Shown piece after piece: positions 10,272-20,521 of a stretch of 64,000 bases of DNA (within the stretch, counting starts at the first letter, position 1; every line of letters begins with the position of its first letter). The position numbers and the translations under genes were made by a program. The notes beneath the pieces were generated by a model that saw nothing but the letters and a program-made list of their open reading frames with translations, did not search any database and was not told where the DNA came from. Where the stretch lies: NCBI GenBank assembly GCA_963667845.2, contig CAXXVL010000001.1, positions 384,001 to 448,000 on the forward strand. The letters run 5' to 3'. Origin of the DNA: Smithellaceae bacterium. GTDB taxonomy: Bacteria > Desulfobacterota > Syntrophia > Syntrophales > Smithellaceae.

Positions 10272-11546
10272 TCAGGCTTTTAAACCATAAAGAATAAAAT
10301 CAATATTATTTTCAATAGCCTGTCGAGACAAATCTGTATTGGGGTTAGCCGCCCAAATAATCCATTTTACGGCAATGAAGTGCGTAATGCCCATCAGGGA
10401 ATGGGCTAGAAAGACCGGCGGATACTGACGAATTTCGCCCTTCTTCATGGCCTCGGCCAGACCATTGATATACCCTTCGGCAGTTTTTTTGTAGTACCAG
10501 AGAGCAACTTCTTTATCAATCATTTCAAACTCGGGAACAATGCGATAAACTTCCCGGTGACGCAAAACAAAGTTGAAACAAACGATAACACCGGCGCGTT
10601 CGGCATCACGGCGGTCCGATATATTGGCAGTAACACGCTGGATTTCGCAACGCATGTTCCTGTTGATATACTTCACGTATCCCTCAACCAATTCCGCTTT
10701 GCTGGCAAAATGGACATAAAAAGTACCTAAGGCAACGCCGGCTTCACGGGTTATTTCAGATATACTTGCCCGGTTGATTCCATGTTGACCAAATACTTTC
10801 TCCGCTGCCAGTAATATCGCCTGACGCGTTTTTTCACCTTTCGTCATCGGGTCTGCCATTTCTTCGCGCAAAGGCAATGCGTCGGGCAGGGAAAGCATGT
10901 CCCAATTGGCCTGCCGCTTCCACTTAGCGGGGCCATTAATGCCGCTCATAACCAATTCGGCCATGAGATCAACCGTCTGTTCTTCACTTAAATCTTCCTT
11001 CGGGTCCCCCCATTTAAAGGAATTAAAATAACACATTCCAATCAAACCATAGGCAACAATATTAGGATCCAAAGGTCGGATCATCCCGGCAAGAATTTCC
11101 TTGCGCAAAAAATTGCGCAGAAAGCGCGCTATCGCTTCATAATAAGCCAGAGTCACGCGATCCACTAATTCGGACTCGCCCAAAATACGATGGAACGCCA
11201 GGTTATTTTTTGTATGGTCGTAAAGTAAAGCAATAATCATCTTCAGGCGGTGAGCAAAATCGGGTTCTCCCAAAGAAAGAGATTCCGCCTTATTCGTAAA
11301 ACGTTCAATAATGAGGTCAGCGAGCTCTTGAAAGACCTGTTCCTTGTTCTTAAAATATTGATAAAACGATGCTAAAGAAACACCGGCGCGCCTTGTTATT
11401 TCTGAAATGGAGGAAGCATAGTATCCGGTATCACGAAATACTTCGTGGGCGGAATCCAGGATAGATGCTCGGGTCGCTGTTCCCTTTTTAGTCAGCATCC
11501 GGCCTGCATTATCATTTTTTTTCCGAACCATAACAATATATCCCAT
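10272..11546 (-). CDS. Tandem double TetR/AcrR-family regulator
   Basis: Two TetR HTH units: SISEITRRAGVSLASFYQYFKNKE and SISEITREAGVALGTFYVHFASKA. Confidence 0.92.
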   Translation of the reverse strand: MGYIVMVRKKNDNAGRMLTKKGTATRASILDSAHEVFRDTGYYASSISEITRRAGVSLASFYQYFKNKEQVFQELADLIIERFTNKAESLSLGEPDFAHRLKMIIALLYDHTKNNLAFHRILGESELVDRVTLAYYEAIARFLRNFLRKEILAGMIRPLDPNIVAYGLIGMCYFNSFKWGDPKEDLSEEQTVDLMAELVMSGINGPAKWKRQANWDMLSLPDALPLREEMADPMTKGEKTRQAILLAAEKVFGQHGINRASISEITREAGVALGTFYVHFASKAELVEGYVKYINRNMRCEIQRVTANISDRRDAERAGVIVCFNFVLRHREVYRIVPEFEMIDKEVALWYYKKTAEGYINGLAEAMKKGEIRQYPPVFLAHSLMGITHFIAVKWIIWAANPNTDLSRQAIENNIDFILYGLKA

Positions 11547-11548
11547 TT

Positions 11549-11564
11549 ATGAATCACATGTTAG
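11549..11564 (-). promoter_or_regulatory. Candidate autoregulatory TetR operator
   Basis: ATGAATCACATGTTAG matches 10207-10222 at 13/16 and lies just downstream of a minus-strand TTGCTT-17-TAAAAA. Confidence 0.5.
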
Positions 11565-11812
11565 TTTTTATCATTGGAGATTAAAATAAGCAATTATCTT
11601 TTTAGACTGATGCTGCTTATTGCTTTTTTTATCCCGGGCAACGTCACCTTAGATACCTCTGGAGATGGTGGCTGCCTGATCATGCTGTACACCACGTGCA
11701 CGCGACACTAAGCGACCAGGGAGCCCCTGAAATTGCAGGTTTCTTCACAACAGCTTTCGCTTGCTTTCAATAGCCAGGCGTCGATCCCGCAGCCTGGATG
11801 TCTCGGGATTAG

Positions 11813-11846
11813 AAAAAAGCCGGAAGGCAGCTTCCGGCTTTTCTTT
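11813..11846. terminator. Intrinsic terminator downstream of htpG (bidirectional shape)
   Basis: AAAAAAGCCGGAAG-GCAG-CTTCCGGCTTTTCTTT. Confidence 0.75.
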
Positions 11847-11877
11847 GATCATTCAGTTCATAATCACGGGGTCGCCA

Positions 11878-13773
11878 TTACACGAGAGAGCCGATCATCC
11901 TGTTGAATCGGGCCGGGTCATCGAGCTTCCCGCCCTCGGAGACAACCGCCAGATCGTAAAGAAACAGCGCGTAGTCCTTTAGCGCTTCGTCTTCCTTATT
12001 CGCCTCGAAGAGGCCCTTGACCTTCGCCAAGAGCGGATGGTCCATATTCAGCTCCAGGACCCGCTTGCTTTGCGGCACGTCCTGGCCGCCGGCCTTGAGG
12101 ATCTTCTCCATGTAGGCGCTCATGTCGTAGGCATCGCCCGAAAGGCACGCCGCGGAATTTTTCAGATGCGTGGAGAGTTTGACGTCCTTCACCTTTTCGC
12201 TGAGGCTCGACTTGAGAAATTCAAAGAGGCTTCCGTAGTCTTCCTTTTTCTTGTCGTCCGCTTTGCCCAGATCAAGGTCACCTTTTTCCGCGCTCTGGAA
12301 AGTCTTTTTCTCGTATTCATGGAGATCGCGGATGACCCACTCGTCGATCGGGTCGGTCATCAGGAGTACTTCGATGTCTTTCTCTTTCAGCGCTTCGAGA
12401 TGCGGGCTGTTGACGAGCGCGGTCAGGCTGTCGCCGGTGATGTAATAAATGTCCTTCTGGTCCGGCTGCATCCGCTCGACATAGTCTTTCAGAGAAACCC
12501 ATTTGCCGTCGGACCTGGTTGTCTTGTAGCGCAGGAGATCGGCGATCTTCTCGCGGTTTTCAAAATCCTGGGAGATGCCCGCCTTGAAGATATACGCAAA
12601 CTGCGTGTAGAAGGTCTCGAATTTTTCCGGGCTAAGTGAGGCGATGAGTTCCAACACCTTCTTGACGAGGTTCTTTTTGATGTTCCGGACCAGGGCATCC
12701 TGCTGGAGGATCTCGCGGCTGACGTTGAGATTGAGATCCGGCGCATCGACCACGCCCTTCACGAAGGCGAGGTACTGGGGCATCAACTCCTTGCAGTTTT
12801 CCATAATGAAGACCCGCTTGGAATAAAGCTGTATCCCGTGCTTCTGCTCATGGGTGAAGAGGTCGAAGGGCGCCTTCCCGGGGATGTACAGAAGCGCGCT
12901 GTATTCCGTCGTCCCTTCGAGCTTCAGATGGATGTGGGCCAAAGGCGGGTTCCAGTCGTGGCTCACGTGCTGGTAGAATTCGTTATGCTCCTCTTCGGTC
13001 ACCTCGTTCTTGTCCTTCGTCCAGATGGCTTTCATGGAGTTGAGGGTCTCTTCGACGATGACTTTCCGGGTCTTGTCCTTTTCCGGCTTGCCTTCCGCAT
13101 CCAGCACCGGCTCTGTTTTTTCCACGTCCATAACGATGGGATACCCCACAAAGTCGGAGTGACGCTTGATGATGCTGCGGACGGTCCACTCGTCGGTGAA
13201 GTCCTGCTCGTCGGCTTCCGTCTTCTTCAACTGCAGGGTGACGGTCGTTCCCCGGGTTTCCTTGCCGAACTCCTCGATGGTATAGGAGCCGGTCCCGGCG
13301 GATTCCCACCGGCATCCCTTTTCAGTGCCCGCGGCCCGCGTGGTCAGCGTGACTTTGTCGGCGACGATAAAGGCGCTGTAGAAGCCGACGCCAAACTGGC
13401 CGATCAGCTCCGGCGTGACCGCCCCCTGGTTCTTCGCGTCGCCCACGGCCTCCAGAAAACCGGCCGTCCCGCTCTTGGCGATGGTCCCGATGTTCTCGAT
13501 GACCTCGTCGTAGGTCATGCCGATGCCGTTGTCCGATATTTCGAGGGTGTTCTGCTCCTTGTTGCGGACGATCCTGATTTTCAGCTCCGTGTCCGTGCCC
13601 ATGATGTGGGAATCCGTCAGCGCCTTGAACCGCAGTTTGTCGAGGGCATCCGACGCGTTGGAAATCAGTTCCCGCAAAAAGATCTCCCGGTGCGAGTAAA
13701 GAGAGTTGATAATTATGTTCATAAGCTGCTGGACTTCGGTTTTAAACTGACGGGTCCGCTTCTTTGTTTCCAT
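11878..13773 (-). CDS. htpG: Molecular chaperone HtpG (Hsp90)
   Basis: [53 protein letters not shown]. Confidence 0.98.
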   Translation of the reverse strand: METKKRTRQFKTEVQQLMNIIINSLYSHREIFLRELISNASDALDKLRFKALTDSHIMGTDTELKIRIVRNKEQNTLEISDNGIGMTYDEVIENIGTIAKSGTAGFLEAVGDAKNQGAVTPELIGQFGVGFYSAFIVADKVTLTTRAAGTEKGCRWESAGTGSYTIEEFGKETRGTTVTLQLKKTEADEQDFTDEWTVRSIIKRHSDFVGYPIVMDVEKTEPVLDAEGKPEKDKTRKVIVEETLNSMKAIWTKDKNEVTEEEHNEFYQHVSHDWNPPLAHIHLKLEGTTEYSALLYIPGKAPFDLFTHEQKHGIQLYSKRVFIMENCKELMPQYLAFVKGVVDAPDLNLNVSREILQQDALVRNIKKNLVKKVLELIASLSPEKFETFYTQFAYIFKAGISQDFENREKIADLLRYKTTRSDGKWVSLKDYVERMQPDQKDIYYITGDSLTALVNSPHLEALKEKDIEVLLMTDPIDEWVIRDLHEYEKKTFQSAEKGDLDLGKADDKKKEDYGSLFEFLKSSLSEKVKDVKLSTHLKNSAACLSGDAYDMSAYMEKILKAGGQDVPQSKRVLELNMDHPLLAKVKGLFEANKEDEALKDYALFLYDLAVVSEGGKLDDPARFNRMIGSLV

Positions 13774-13844
13774 AGGGCCTCCTGATCTGTATGATTGAAT
13801 TTTATTTGTTATATACGGTTTTATGTCCGGTTACTGCGGCACTA

Positions 13845-13873
13845 TATATGGCTATCATTTTTCGGTTGTCAAG
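13845..13873 (-). promoter_or_regulatory. Possible heat-shock (sigma32-like) promoter of htpG
   Basis: Minus strand CTTGAC...GCCATATA resembles the CTTGAA...CCCCATNT consensus. Confidence 0.4.
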
Positions 13874-14356
13874 TGGGCTGCCCGGGGCGATGGCGGGGTA
13901 TGGCGTTTGTCGCCCGGCGGCTTTGGGATAATAGACCGGTAATTTACAATCTCAGCCATATCTTCCGGCTCGTCGGGGGCGCGCCCCGTGATCGGTTCAC
14001 AGATATCAAAAGAAAGCGGCGATTGCAGGCGGAGAGAAAAGAAATCGTGCCGGAAGCCTCATGCAGGATTGAATGAAGGCGGATTGATATATTAAAGCAG
14101 CCTCCTATTGAGTCCCTGCACAACCGGAGGCGGTGACATGTGATTGAAGTCATCGTTTTTTGGGAATTTCGGCTTTCCTTTTTCATTCAGAGAGTGTAAA
14201 CTTAAAACAAATTGCATTCTTGGCTCGAATATGAACCGCCCGTAGAATTCGCAGAATTATATTTAGAACCAAAAACTCCGGCCAACTGTTTAATCCTGAT
14301 TTGTCCGAGTGCGCCGGGCGGTAAAATGTGACAAATACTTCAATCGATGAATTGCC

Positions 14357-15661
14357 ATGGATTTAAAACAAAAATCAAAAGCAGAATTACTTGCTGAAGT
14401 GATAAAGCTTAGAAAACGAATCGGCAGGTTGGATAAAAAAATTCGCGAGAATGTCCAGCCGGAAAAAGCCTTCCAGAATCCCATGGAATTGACCCGTCTC
14501 ATGCTGGAATTCGCCAATGATGCCATCTACGTAACCCAGGATGTCTTTTTCAAATTCGTAAATTCAAAATTCACCAAAATTACCGGATATCTCCCGGAAG
14601 AAGCGGTGAAGATACCGGCGATTAACTTCATCCATCCCGAGGATCGGTCCGTCATCGAGGAGCGTTATCTGATGCGGATGCGGGGTGCAGAGGTGCCGAA
14701 TTTATATCCGCACAGGATCCTGTGCAAACAGGGCGACATGAAATGGATCGAAGTGAGCAGTGTTATGATCACCTGGGAGGGACGGCCCGCCCAGTTGAGT
14801 TTCATGCGGGACATCACGGAAAGAAAAACAGCCGAGAACGCTCTGAAACAATCCGAACAGCTCCGGGCCGATATCATTAACTTCCTTCCCGATCCTACCT
14901 TTGCGATCGACAAGCAGGGCCGCATCACGGCCTGGAATCATGCCATGGAAGAACTCACCGGCATCCCCTCCCAGGAAATGATCGGCAAGAGCAATTACGA
15001 ATATGGATTGGCCTTTTACGGCGAGCGCAAACCGATCTTAATCGACAAGGTCATTCATCCGTCGTCCGTGGTTTCCGAGAGATATCTCTCGTTCAACCGC
15101 GAGAAGGACTTTCTGATGGCGGAAGCAGAGATGACGCACCATGGTAAAACGGTTTCTTTCTGGTGCAAGGCCGGTTTGATGCGGGATAACTCCGGGAACG
15201 TTATCGGCGCCATTGAATCGCTGAGGGATATAACGGCTTTGAAAGATATGAACGCAGCTCTGGGCATCCTTCTCAAGAAGCGGGAAAACGACATCAAGGA
15301 AAGCGAAGAGAAATTCATGCTCAATATCAAGGAACTGGTCCTGCCCTATCTCCTCAAGCTCAAATCAGCCAAGCTGGACATGCCTCATAAGGTTAACATC
15401 GAGATTATCGAAAAGCATTTGGCCGAGATCATGTCGCCCTTTATATCGAAGCTTACTTCCCGATATTCGCAGTTTTCACCGCGCGAGACGCAGGTTGTAA
15501 GCCTTATCAGGAGCGGCATGACAACAAAGGAAATTGCCCGGGCTCTGAACATCTCAACCAACTCCGTCGATATCCACCGGCAGAACATTAGAAAGAAAAT
15601 GGGATTCAACAAAAAGAAAGTAAATATCAGGACTTTCCTCATCTCTCTGGAAAACGACTAA
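14357..15661 (+). CDS. PAS-PAS-LuxR HTH transcriptional regulator
   Basis: Two PAS/PAC units (FIHPEDR...RDITERK; LPDPTFAID...RDIT) and C-terminal FSPRETQVVSLIRSGMTTKEIARALNISTNSVDIHRQNIRKK. Confidence 0.92.
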   Translation: MDLKQKSKAELLAEVIKLRKRIGRLDKKIRENVQPEKAFQNPMELTRLMLEFANDAIYVTQDVFFKFVNSKFTKITGYLPEEAVKIPAINFIHPEDRSVIEERYLMRMRGAEVPNLYPHRILCKQGDMKWIEVSSVMITWEGRPAQLSFMRDITERKTAENALKQSEQLRADIINFLPDPTFAIDKQGRITAWNHAMEELTGIPSQEMIGKSNYEYGLAFYGERKPILIDKVIHPSSVVSERYLSFNREKDFLMAEAEMTHHGKTVSFWCKAGLMRDNSGNVIGAIESLRDITALKDMNAALGILLKKRENDIKESEEKFMLNIKELVLPYLLKLKSAKLDMPHKVNIEIIEKHLAEIMSPFISKLTSRYSQFSPRETQVVSLIRSGMTTKEIARALNISTNSVDIHRQNIRKKMGFNKKKVNIRTFLISLEND

Positions 15662-15667
15662 CATACC

Positions 15668-15696
15668 TAGTCATTTACTCGTCATCCTTTAGTCAT
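15668..15696 (+). promoter_or_regulatory. Three phased heptamers, candidate activator site
   Basis: TAGTCAT 15668, TCGTCAT 15679, TAGTCAT 15690 (11-bp period), upstream of TGcTATCTT extended -10 at 15721-15729. Confidence 0.45.
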
Positions 15697-15920
15697 ACCA
15701 TCCGCTGATTGACTGTGGTCTGCTATCTTAACAAATGCATGAAGAATGAAATTTATGGTGATCGATAGAAGCAGGCGGCTTGTCAGACCGGAAACCGCAC
15801 TGGAAGACGTTGAGGCCCTGAAGGGCAAGCGGGTTAGTGTTTCAGCAGTAGCGTGAATGGATGCTTTAGATTTACCCGGACCGTGGGTTCGGTAATTTGC
15901 AAGAGAAGAGAGGAGGTTAT

Positions 15921-17384
15921 ATGAAATCAATGCTGAAGAAAGTTATTGTTTCTGTATGCGCGGTTTCTTTTTTGCTGTTTATGGGCTTCGCCCCATCTGT
16001 GGTCCATGCGGCCAAAGCAGACAAAAAAAGTAATGTGGTCAAAGCAGAAGCCGTTAATGCGTTCTTTGACGCGAACAAGATGTCGGATATGTCTGATTTT
16101 GATCCAAACAATCCGGTCATTCCCACCGGGGATACGATCAAGATTGCGGTGGTGATGCCATTCTCGGGACCGGCGGCGTTGAATGGCGAAATGACGTTTC
16201 TTTACGTCCAGTGGGTTGCTCATGACATCAACAAGCGTGGCGGGATCTGGGTCGACGGCAAAAAGAAACTGATTCAGGTCATCAAGGCCGATCACATGTC
16301 CAAACCCGACCAGGCCAAGAAGGTCTGCGAACGGATGATCCTCCAGGAAAAGGTTCACGTCCTGTTCGGCACGGCCGGCAGCAACCTGATGAAGGTCATG
16401 ATGGAGGTCGGCAATAAATACAAGACCATCGTCCACAACTTCGCCGCCCTGTCCGACGATCTCATGGATACCACGCAGTTCAATCGTTATACCTTTATGA
16501 CCACGTATGACACCTCATCGCTCGGCCGCGGCATCGCTTATTATTTCGGGCAGATCCGGAAAAAAGAGAAAAAATTCTATATTCTCTGCCAGGACTATTC
16601 CTACGGCCATGCCATGGCGGATGGATTCAAGCAGGGCATGAAAGAATATTATCCGGAAGCGCAGATTGTCGGTGAAGACTACCATAAACTCTTTCTGACG
16701 GATTTTGCGCCGTATCTGACCAAGATCAAGGCCTCCGGGGCCGAAGCCGTTTATACGGGCGACTGGATTCCCGATCTCAGCAACCTCCTCAAACAGGCGA
16801 GACAGTCCGGGATCAATATCCCATTTGCAGACCGCATTATGGACGATCCGGCTATGCTTGCGGAACTGGGCATCGAAGGTTCGAAAGGGCTGATCAATAT
16901 CACTCAGGGAGAATACATCAACCCTCATTTCAGAACACCGGAGCAGATAAAGTTCCACAAGGTGTGGACCGACCTCTGGAAAAACAAATGGACCAAGCCA
17001 TACAACACGAGACTGATAGCCGATCCGGAGGGACAGATCGCCTCCTACCTGATGCAGCTCTACTGGCTCACGAGCGTCATCGAAAGGGCCAAGAGCACCG
17101 ATCCGGAAAAGATCATCGCAGTCTGGGAGAGTGACAGCTTCAAAACGCTGAGCGGCAAGGTCTTAAGGATGAGGGCCTGCGATCACAAAGTTATCCAGGA
17201 TCTGTCCATCAGTGAGTTTGTCCCGCCGAATCAACAGAAGGTTTCCTATAATATACCTCCCTATTACTGGTTCAACGACTGCTCCTATACGGGAGAACTG
17301 CACGTCATCCCCGCCGCCAAAATTCTCCCGTGGATGGATCAGAAGCTGGACCGCTGTAAGGGAAAGAATAATTGGGGGAAGTAA
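15921..17384 (+). CDS. Orphan Liv-type ABC substrate-binding protein
   Basis: AGGAGG RBS, signal peptide, IKIAVVMPFSGPAA, DINKRGGIWVDG, DFAPYLTKIKASGAE. Confidence 0.9.
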   Translation: MKSMLKKVIVSVCAVSFLLFMGFAPSVVHAAKADKKSNVVKAEAVNAFFDANKMSDMSDFDPNNPVIPTGDTIKIAVVMPFSGPAALNGEMTFLYVQWVAHDINKRGGIWVDGKKKLIQVIKADHMSKPDQAKKVCERMILQEKVHVLFGTAGSNLMKVMMEVGNKYKTIVHNFAALSDDLMDTTQFNRYTFMTTYDTSSLGRGIAYYFGQIRKKEKKFYILCQDYSYGHAMADGFKQGMKEYYPEAQIVGEDYHKLFLTDFAPYLTKIKASGAEAVYTGDWIPDLSNLLKQARQSGINIPFADRIMDDPAMLAELGIEGSKGLINITQGEYINPHFRTPEQIKFHKVWTDLWKNKWTKPYNTRLIADPEGQIASYLMQLYWLTSVIERAKSTDPEKIIAVWESDSFKTLSGKVLRMRACDHKVIQDLSISEFVPPNQQKVSYNIPPYYWFNDCSYTGELHVIPAAKILPWMDQKLDRCKGKNNWGK

Positions 17385-17404
17385 ATACTTTATTTAAATC
17401 GCTG

Positions 17405-17441
17405 CAGCACACCCGGAGTGACGGTCACATCGGGTGTGCTG
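17405..17441 (+). terminator. Intergenic stem-loop
   Basis: CAGCACACCCG...CGGGTGTGCTG 11-bp stem after the binding-protein stop; no clear U-tract. Confidence 0.5.
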
Positions 17442-17558
17442 TCCGCTGCGGGCGCTTTCCGGCTTACTGTGACAGGAGGCAATGGCGGGAGGTTCGGAAT
17501 CATCTCGCCTCCGGTGTACGTTTTTCATTAGAATAAAAAAGTGCTAAAGAGGGAAATA

Positions 17559-19076
17559 ATGATCAGAACAGTTGAACAATATCTCGAAAGAATTAACGAC
17601 GGACGCGAGATCTACTGCCTGGGCGAACGGGTCACAGACATGCGCACGCATCCGACGATCAGCACCATCATCCGCTTCGGCGCCATGGATTACGTTATCC
17701 CGAACGATCCGCGCTACCGGGATCTTTTCGTCACGAAAGATGAAGACGGCGAGGATATTAATTTCCTGCTGACGGCGCCGAAAACCGTTGAGGACCTCCT
17801 GAGGCGGCGCGAATGTTACCTGACGGGCATGCGCGGCGGCGGCGTCATGCTTCACTGCATGGGAATTGACGCCCTGGCGGCCATCACTGTCGCGGCCAAC
17901 AAAATGGACAAGGCCCTGGGCACCCATTATGCCGCCAATGTGGAAGCTTATCGCAAATATTTGCAGAAGGAAGATCTCGGCATCACGGGGGCCATCACCG
18001 ATGTCAAAGGAGACCGCAGCCTTCATCCCTCAAAGCAGGTGCAGCACCCCGACTTCTATCTGCGCATTGTCGAGAGACAGAAGTCAGGCATCATTGTCAG
18101 GGGTGCAAAAATCCACATCAGCGCCACACCGTGTGCGGATGAAGCGATCATCGTCCCCTGCCGGACTCACGGCGAAGACGATAAGGATTATGCCCTGTCT
18201 TTTGCTGTGCCCCTCAATGCCAAAGGGATAAAGCTCCTGGGTGTGGAGCCCATGATGCGTGCTTACGGCGAGGAGGCCAGATTCGATTATCCCCACGCCG
18301 ATATGATTCAGCCGACGGAGTGCCTGATTATCTTCGACGATGTTTTCATCCCCTGGGAACGCGTCTTCATGTGCGGCGAATGGCAATTTTCTCGCGATAT
18401 CGTTTACGCCTTTGCCACCTTCCATCGATTGTTCGGCGCCTCGAAGATGGTGCCGGAGCTCGAACGTCTGACGGGCCTTGTGGCGCTGATTGCGGAGTAC
18501 AACGGCGTCGAAAAGGTTGGCCATATTCGGGAAAAACTGGCCCGGATGGCCTACATCACCCATACCGTCGAATCCCTGGGAAAGATGGCCTGCATCAACA
18601 GTAAACCTGAGCCGGCTTCCGGGATCATGATTCCCGACCTGATGAGCATCAATTCGGCTAAGTACACCTTTGCCAACAACTTTCATGATATGTGCAAGAT
18701 CGCCCATGATATCGGCGGCGGACTGGCCACGACGGTGCCGACATACAAAGATTGGAGCAACCCCGCCCTGCAACCCTATATCCACAAATATCTTGGCGGC
18801 AAGGCAGGCATTTCCACAGAAGACCGCATCCGGGCCTTCCGGGCGATTAAAAATGCCACCCATAACTTCTACCAGATCGATCACGTCAATGGAGAGGGCT
18901 CGCTCGCGGCTCAACAAATGTTTCTTTATTCCAGTGCAAATTGGGCGCAAATGAAAGCAGCGGCCAAACGGATGGCCCATATCGACGGCTGGCAGAGCGA
19001 TCCTTTATACGGACCGATACCCGATTTCGCAGACGTTGTCCCGATGCCGCCGATTGATGAATCTTACGAACTGTGA
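17559..19076 (+). CDS. 4-hydroxybutyryl-CoA dehydratase / 4-hydroxyphenylacetate 3-hydroxylase family protein (divergent)
   Basis: ITDVKGDRSLHPSKQ, GIIVRGAKIH, ECLIIFDDVFIPWERVF, DIGGGL, GEGS. Confidence 0.88.
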   Translation: MIRTVEQYLERINDGREIYCLGERVTDMRTHPTISTIIRFGAMDYVIPNDPRYRDLFVTKDEDGEDINFLLTAPKTVEDLLRRRECYLTGMRGGGVMLHCMGIDALAAITVAANKMDKALGTHYAANVEAYRKYLQKEDLGITGAITDVKGDRSLHPSKQVQHPDFYLRIVERQKSGIIVRGAKIHISATPCADEAIIVPCRTHGEDDKDYALSFAVPLNAKGIKLLGVEPMMRAYGEEARFDYPHADMIQPTECLIIFDDVFIPWERVFMCGEWQFSRDIVYAFATFHRLFGASKMVPELERLTGLVALIAEYNGVEKVGHIREKLARMAYITHTVESLGKMACINSKPEPASGIMIPDLMSINSAKYTFANNFHDMCKIAHDIGGGLATTVPTYKDWSNPALQPYIHKYLGGKAGISTEDRIRAFRAIKNATHNFYQIDHVNGEGSLAAQQMFLYSSANWAQMKAAAKRMAHIDGWQSDPLYGPIPDFADVVPMPPIDESYEL

Positions 19077-19225
19077 CCGGATGCAAAAGGAAGCGTGCGG
19101 GTAAACTGCTCGTGGGATATGGACATGATGCGGCAAATGGGAGAGCTTTTGGCTTTTTCAGGCAAGTAGGTAGGCCAAGGTGCCGTCAGAGTAAAACAAT
19201 TAGAAAAAAAGGGAGATTCTTTATA

Positions 19226-20521
19226 ATGGAAAGTATTAAACCGGGTCCTCTATCCGATGTTACCGTCCTCGACTTTACCTGGGTGCTGGCGGGACCTTAC
19301 GCAACCAGGAATTTGACCGATATGGGCGCCAATGTGCTTAAGGTCGAAAAATTCAAGATCGGCACGAACGAGCGTCATCAAGCACGCCGGGTAGAAATAA
19401 ACGGGGTGACGCAGTGCTCCTATCACATCAACCTCAACCGCGGGAAGAAAAGCCTCTGCATCGACCTGAAACACCCTAGGGGAATCCAGTTGATTCATGA
19501 GCTGATCAAGAGAAGCGATATCATCGTGGAAAATTTTGCCCCGGGCGTCATGGACCGGCTGGGACTGGATTACGAGTCGGCGAAAAAGATCAAGCCTGAT
19601 ATTATCTACTGTTCCATTTCAGTCTTCGGACATTGGGGGTACGACGTCAACCGGGCGGGTTATGACATCGTCGCCCAGGCGGCGAGCGGCTGGACGGCCG
19701 TGATGGAAGGTCATGAAATGGCGCCCATGGCGATTGGAGATACGACAGCCAGCATGCATGCCTGCACTGCGATCCTGGCCGCCCTGCATCATCGGGAGAA
19801 AACGGGCCAGGGGCAGAATATCGACATCTCCATGGTCGATTGCCTGTTCTCCATTCCCGAAACATCGTATCCCGCCTTCTGGATCAGCGAGGCCGCGGGC
19901 ATACCGCCTTACAATTTTTCCGTCGCTCAGAAAAGCCCCACGTCTTCGCCGTTCGGTATTTATAATGGTAAAGACGGCTGCATCGCCGTCGCCATGCTCA
20001 CCGACAGCCATTGGCCCGAGCTCGTGGACCTTTTCGGCCCCGAATACGCGTGGATGAAAACCGATGTCCGGACGCGGGATATTATCGGCCGCTGTGTTCC
20101 GGAAAACGCCCCCCTGGTTCACGAGGCCGTCGAAGCCTGGATGATGTCCCAGGATTCCGTCGAAGAAGCTGAACGCAAGCTTTTGAGCATCGGTGCTGCG
20201 GCCTGCCGCGTTAAATCCATTGAGGAGCTGGCCACGACGGACCCTTACATCGGCGCACGCGAAATGAGGCTGAAGAGAGTACAACCTTTTATCGGACCGA
20301 TGACGATGGGGGGAAGCCCCCTGAAATTTTCGGAAACGCCGGCGACGATCAGGGGCTATGCTCCTTTTCTCGGCGAGCACAACCGGAGCGTTCTCTCGGA
20401 AGTCCTGGGTTATTCAGCAGGAGAGATCGATGTCCTCTACAGCCAAGACGTTATCTACGAAGCCCCGGAAGTGAAAGAACTCCCGGAGGAACTGAAGAAA
20501 ATGGCCGGCAAGGAAGCATGA
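19226..20521 (+). CDS. Family III (CaiB/BaiF) CoA-transferase
   Basis: GPLSDVTVLDFTWVLAGPYAT, NRGKKS, VENFAPG, GYDIVAQA, GD. Confidence 0.93.
   Translation: MESIKPGPLSDVTVLDFTWVLAGPYATRNLTDMGANVLKVEKFKIGTNERHQARRVEINGVTQCSYHINLNRGKKSLCIDLKHPRGIQLIHELIKRSDIIVENFAPGVMDRLGLDYESAKKIKPDIIYCSISVFGHWGYDVNRAGYDIVAQAASGWTAVMEGHEMAPMAIGDTTASMHACTAILAALHHREKTGQGQNIDISMVDCLFSIPETSYPAFWISEAAGIPPYNFSVAQKSPTSSPFGIYNGKDGCIAVAMLTDSHWPELVDLFGPEYAWMKTDVRTRDIIGRCVPENAPLVHEAVEAWMMSQDSVEEAERKLLSIGAAACRVKSIEELATTDPYIGAREMRLKRVQPFIGPMTMGGSPLKFSETPATIRGYAPFLGEHNRSVLSEVLGYSAGEIDVLYSQDVIYEAPEVKELPEELKKMAGKEA

Noticed and set aside
11636..11730. Hairpin-rich stretch with GGAGATGGTGGCTGCC, resembling the start of a fluoride riboswitch or another ncRNA
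   Set aside because: The downstream pseudoknot and conserved 3' elements are missing, and no suitable gene follows on that strand.
11708..11892. Second GSLVA-stop coding patch about 165 bp beyond the htpG end (GSLV-stop), suggesting an att-like duplication
   Set aside because: Only four codons with several nucleotide differences, and no integrase or cargo; chance is plausible.
12037..13785. Long plus-strand ORFs (200 and 315 aa) opposite htpG, and similar antisense ORFs over other genes
   Set aside because: Shadow frames caused by GC-rich codon usage on the real coding strand.
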